The notes below the pieces were generated by a model. That model was given only the letters and a program-made list of their open reading frames with translations, made no database searches and was not told where the DNA came from. This document shows positions 60,110-64,000 of a stretch of DNA of 64,000 nucleotides, piece after piece. The DNA comes from Akkermansiaceae bacterium (lineage in GTDB: Bacteria; Verrucomicrobiota; Verrucomicrobiia; Verrucomicrobiales; Akkermansiaceae). The first letter of the stretch is position 1; each line of letters opens with the position of its first letter. The stretch covers positions 1 through 64,000 of the forward strand of contig JBPOGF010000005.1 of NCBI GenBank assembly GCA_051251915.1. Direction: 5' to 3'. The position numbers were made by a program, and so were the translations under genes.

Positions 60110-60430
60110 AAGCTAGTCGCCGAGCTCACCCGCGGACGCCTCAACATCCGCAACGTAGGACCAGCCCATAAAAACCTCTACCTCATCGAGGAACCCTCCA
60201 TAGAACTCCACTCCACAGACGTAAACAAACTCATCGACGTCCTCCACCGCCTCACAGACGAAGGCCACACCGCCATCATGGCCCAAGCAGATTATCTTAT
60301 TGATATTGGTCCAGAAGCTGGGGATTCGGGTGGGACTATTGTTGCTCAAGGGAAGCCTGAATCTGTGGCGAAATCGAAAAGTACTAGGACTGCACCATTT
60401 ATTAGGCAGGTTTTGGAAGAGCGAAAATAA
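60110..60430 (+). pseudogene. uvrA: uvrA 3' fragment, copy 2
   Basis: Aligns to 59556-59900 from KLVAEL to the stop, with an 8-codon deletion removing VVIVEHHT. Confidence 0.9.
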
Positions 60431-60466
60431 CTTCACTTATAGCCAACTAAACCCTACTTTACTCCC

Positions 60467-61510
60467 ATGAACAACGAAGAGCGTCCACTATCCCTAAGCG
60501 ACGAAGCCTCTGATTTTCTCCTCTACACAGCACCCAGTGGCGACGTAAAAGTAGAAGTCTTGCTAAGTAACGAGACTCTCTGGCTGAATCAACCACGAAT
60601 GGCAGAGCTATTTAGCGTTGGAATCCCAGCCATTTCGAAACATTTAAAGAACATATTTGAATCTGGTGAACTAGAAGAAAAAGTGGTTGTTTCCATTTTG
60701 GAAACAACCACTCAACATGGTGCAGTTAAAGGGAAAACTCAGATCCAAAAGGTAAAATATTTCAATCTTGATGCAGTCATTTCAGTCGGCTACAGAGTAA
60801 ATTCAACACAAGCCACTCAGTTCCGTATTTGGGCCACTCAGCTTATTCGCGAATATATTATTAAAGGCTTTGTCATGGATGATGAACGTCTCAAAAACGG
60901 TCGCTACTTTGGTAAAGATTACTTTCGCGAACTCCTCGAACGAGTGCGCTCTATCCGAGCTAGCGAACGCCGAATATACCAACAAATTACCGACATTTTT
61001 GCTGAATGCAGTATCGATTACGACCCTAAATCAAAAACTACCAAAAACTTCTACGCCCACGTTCAAGATAAGTTCCACTTCGCTATCACAGGTCAAACTG
61101 CAGCAGAGATCGTCTATAAAAATGCCGACTCCTCTAAGCCCCTCATGGGACTAAAAACCTACAAGAATGCACCAGACGGACGCGTTCTCAAATCTGACGC
61201 GGTAGTCGGCAAGAACTACTTAGAAGAATCAGAAATCAAAAGTCTTGAGCGAACAATTACCAGCTTTTTTGATTACATAGAAGGCATCATAGAACGTCGC
61301 CAAGAATTCACCATGGATGGCTTTGCCGAGAGCGTTAATAAGTTTCTCGCCTTCAATGAATACAAAGTGCTTGAAGGATATGGCTCTGTTAAACGTAAGA
61401 TTTCAGATATAAAAGCCACAGAAGAATACAATAAATTCAATAAACTCCAAAAAATCGAATCAGACTTTGATAAAGTGATCAAGTTACTAGACGATAAAAA
61501 CAAAGAGTGA
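60467..61510 (+). CDS. RhuM family (virulence RhuM-like) DNA-binding protein
   Basis: ETLWLNQ..MAELF, NLDAVISVGYRVNS..ATQFRIWAT, ERVRSIRASERR. Confidence 0.9.
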   Translation: MNNEERPLSLSDEASDFLLYTAPSGDVKVEVLLSNETLWLNQPRMAELFSVGIPAISKHLKNIFESGELEEKVVVSILETTTQHGAVKGKTQIQKVKYFNLDAVISVGYRVNSTQATQFRIWATQLIREYIIKGFVMDDERLKNGRYFGKDYFRELLERVRSIRASERRIYQQITDIFAECSIDYDPKSKTTKNFYAHVQDKFHFAITGQTAAEIVYKNADSSKPLMGLKTYKNAPDGRVLKSDAVVGKNYLEESEIKSLERTITSFFDYIEGIIERRQEFTMDGFAESVNKFLAFNEYKVLEGYGSVKRKISDIKATEEYNKFNKLQKIESDFDKVIKLLDDKNKE

Positions 61511-61511
61511 C

Positions 61512-61622
61512 CAGCGCATCAAGCTAGTAGCCGAGTTTACAAGCTAGTGTTTCACCGACGAATGCCATACCATCATCATCGTAAAACACACCACCACAAT
61601 CATTACCCAGTCAGGTTGTTGA
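61512..61622 (+). pseudogene. uvrA: uvrA 3' fragment, copy 3 (highly decayed)
   Basis: QRIKLVAEFT then FTDECHTIIIVKHTTTIITQS, versus uvrA QRIKLVAELT...LVDEGHTVVIVEHHTTIMAQA. Confidence 0.75.
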
Positions 61623-61730
61623 GTGCACCTCGCAAAAAGGTAAATTGCAAGTACCCGAGCCACCAAGGATAATTCCCTTTATACTATATACTGACTTGTC
61701 GCCAAGGAACTTTCTCTCTATGCCATTCCC

Positions 61731-62972
61731 ATGAACGGTTCACAACAGTTACGAAGAAAGCGGTTTTATGAAAACTTGAATGTTGGCGAATGCCTCATCA
61801 TGTTCTCGGGTTCAGCCCCCAGAAAAACAGCGGACGCGAGCTATCCCTATTTTGCTAATCGAAATTTCTTCTACCTGACTGGTATCACCCAGACCGGCAG
61901 CGTCTTCATGGCAGTCAACAATGGTGGCGAGATCGAAGAAACACTCTTCCTCCTTAAAAAAGATCCCATGGCGGAGCGCTGGCGTGGTTACCGGATATCT
62001 AATGAGGAAGCCACGGAACATTCCGGCATCAAAACCGTGAGTGATGTTGAAGCATTTGAACCCGCGCTCAAAGCTCTTCTCGACTCAGGAGCCATTTCGG
62101 CCTTGTGGTATGATTTTGATAAATACGACGTCGATCATGCGGAGGCACCACAAAATCAGCACAGCGAGAAAATCCGATCTACTTACCCATCCGTTACGTT
62201 CAATGACGCCTACCCGATTATCTGCGCGGCGCGCACGATCAAGGATGCCGGAGAAATCGCGCATATTCGTGAAGCTCTAGTCATCACCCGTGATGCGATT
62301 CATGCGATGATGAAGGCAGCAAAACCAGACATGTATGAATACCAGCTTGAAGGAGTGTTCAACAAGGTTCTGGCAGATGCCGGAGTGCGTGAGCCAGCCT
62401 TCGCCAGCATCGTTTCCGGAGGACGGAATAATTTCTACATTCATTACGAGGAGCCCATGGGAATACTCAAGGATGGAGACATGATCCTCACCGATGTAGG
62501 CGCTCGGAAAAACGAATACGTCAGCGACATCTCCCGTCCATTTCCGGTAAATGGAAAATTCACGGACCAGCAAAAAGAAGTCTACCAGATAGCCCTCAAA
62601 GTAAACAACGAGCTGATGGAATTACTAGTCCCAGGGAAAGTCTCCTTTGAAGATATCGAGGCTCATTCGCGTCGCCGCGTGGGCGAGGAATTGGTCGCCG
62701 CAGGGTACCTCGGTGAAGATGAGGACGTCAGCAAATACTACTGGCATCGTGGCACCCACCACATCGGCCTAGACGTCCACGACGTGGGTCCAGCAGGAAA
62801 TCCCATCGCACCCGGTATGGTATTCACAATCGATGTCGGAATCTATATCGAAGATAAAAACATCGGCTTCCGCATCGAGGACAATGTAGCAATCACCGAG
62901 ACCGGATACGAACATCTCTCATCAGGAATCGTGCGTGAAATCGAAGACATCGAAGCGATGATGAGCTCATAG
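61731..62972 (+). CDS. pepP: Xaa-Pro aminopeptidase (M24B)
   Basis: NFFYLTGI, HY, DVGA...SDISR, H..HHIGLDVHD, GFRIED. Confidence 0.88.
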   Translation: MNGSQQLRRKRFYENLNVGECLIMFSGSAPRKTADASYPYFANRNFFYLTGITQTGSVFMAVNNGGEIEETLFLLKKDPMAERWRGYRISNEEATEHSGIKTVSDVEAFEPALKALLDSGAISALWYDFDKYDVDHAEAPQNQHSEKIRSTYPSVTFNDAYPIICAARTIKDAGEIAHIREALVITRDAIHAMMKAAKPDMYEYQLEGVFNKVLADAGVREPAFASIVSGGRNNFYIHYEEPMGILKDGDMILTDVGARKNEYVSDISRPFPVNGKFTDQQKEVYQIALKVNNELMELLVPGKVSFEDIEAHSRRRVGEELVAAGYLGEDEDVSKYYWHRGTHHIGLDVHDVGPAGNPIAPGMVFTIDVGIYIEDKNIGFRIEDNVAITETGYEHLSSGIVREIEDIEAMMSS

Positions 62973-63126
62973 AAAAGATTAAGCTCCTTAAGGACAATAC
63001 GGCACTCGGACTTGGGAATTTTCAACATCGGATAAATAGTTTAGCAGAGGGGTTGTCCCTTAGCTGACTATTATTGCGATTTATATGGGTATCTGGATTA
63101 TGAATATTTGCCGCATATTATCTAAT

Positions 63127-63831
63127 TTAAGGTCGTGATCTGCGTTGGAGGTAGTGGGTGGTGAACCAGCAGAGGGAGGCGAAGGCGGCGCCGGAGGACC
63201 AGCCGGCTAGGACGTCTGTGGGCCAGTGGACGGCTAGGTAAACTCTGCTAAGACCGACTGCTAGGGTGAGGAATAGGCAGGAAGTGATGATCCAAATTTT
63301 GATCGATCTTTTAGGCTCGGATCGTGCTAGGATGACTCCGAGTGTGAGGTAGACTATGGCGGCCATCATGGAGTGTCCGCTGGGGAAGCTGGCGGTGTAG
63401 ACGTAGGAGCCGTGGGGGACTAGGTCGGGCCGGGGTCTGTCAAAGCCGTATTTTAGTAGGCTGCTAACTAGGAGACCGCCTAGGATGGAAAGGAGAAGGA
63501 ATGCGGCGATGTTTCTTTCTCCACGGAGGTAGAGGTAGCCTACGGAGAATAGGGTGAGGAAGGTGAGGACTCCGATTCCACCTAAGGCAGTGAAATCTCT
63601 TGCTAGCTCTGCAATCCATTCTGGGCCCCATGGTTCTTGAGGGGTGCCGGGTTCTCGCAGGGCGAGCAGGATCTGTTCGTCAATGGCGTGGGATTCACCT
63701 TCGGTGACTTCATCTGCTATTTCAATAAATGCCCATGCTCCGACGGAGAAGATGAAGATGGGAATGAGTAGGAGTATTTCTTGTTTAAGAAACTTTCTGG
63801 TGATGCTTAGAAGTAATTCCCATGGATTCAT
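63127..63831 (-). CDS. PAP2 family membrane phosphatase
   Basis: KYGFDRPRP, SFPSGHS, SRVYLAVHWPTDV. Confidence 0.92.
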   Translation of the reverse strand: MNPWELLLSITRKFLKQEILLLIPIFIFSVGAWAFIEIADEVTEGESHAIDEQILLALREPGTPQEPWGPEWIAELARDFTALGGIGVLTFLTLFSVGYLYLRGERNIAAFLLLSILGGLLVSSLLKYGFDRPRPDLVPHGSYVYTASFPSGHSMMAAIVYLTLGVILARSEPKRSIKIWIITSCLFLTLAVGLSRVYLAVHWPTDVLAGWSSGAAFASLCWFTTHYLQRRSRP

Positions 63832-63849
63832 GATGACAGGTGATGGCTA

Positions 63850-64000
63850 TTACCACATGAGGCGTTCTGGGGTCCAGGTGAAGCCTTTTGGTTGGTTGTT
63901 TAGGGGGGTGATGCGGCCTAGGCCGGGGAAGGGGAGGTGGAAGCCGAAGGTGCGGGTTTTTTGGTGGGCGGCTTGGGTGAAGATGCGGTTGCGGGTTTGG
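63850..64000 (-). CDS. C-terminal part of an MBL-fold metallo-hydrolase (runs off the window)
   Basis: TRNRIFTQAA...FGFHLPFPGLGRI...FTWTP*. Confidence 0.7.
   Translation of the reverse strand, partial: QTRNRIFTQAAHQKTRTFGFHLPFPGLGRITPLNNQPKGFTWTPERLMW

Noticed and set aside
62983..63031. Possible fourth uvrA scrap (LLKD...GLGNFQ vs LLNDTGLGYLQ)
   Set aside because: Too short and degenerate to support

Overview
Bacterial chromosomal window, very probably a marine Verrucomicrobiota (Rubritalea/Verrucomicrobiales-like). This is inferred from three PEP-CTERM proteins, Cys-type sulfatases, DUF1080 proteins and a double-length uvrA. The left half (0-35.5 kb) is accessory and mosaic. It has integron-cassette-like short + strand ORFs with one intact attC site and several decayed ones, but no integrase. 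It also has three group II intron 3' remnants sitting at cassette core/inverse-core positions, four MITEs of two related families, a 504-bp duplication of a K+/H+ antiporter 3' end, and secreted glycan/redox enzymes. The right half is mostly core genes (ndh, paired HtrA-like proteases, cdd, hemF, globin, lectin-domain Ser/Thr kinase, lpxK, amidase, uvrA) with extreme G/T-over-C skew on the + strand. After uvrA there is an accretion array: uvrA - parE remnant - uvrA' - rhuM - uvrA'' - pepP, in which the repeated uvrA 3' ends start at almost the same codon. No rRNA, tRNA or CRISPR array was seen. All family calls are by motif recognition by eye; no database search was run.
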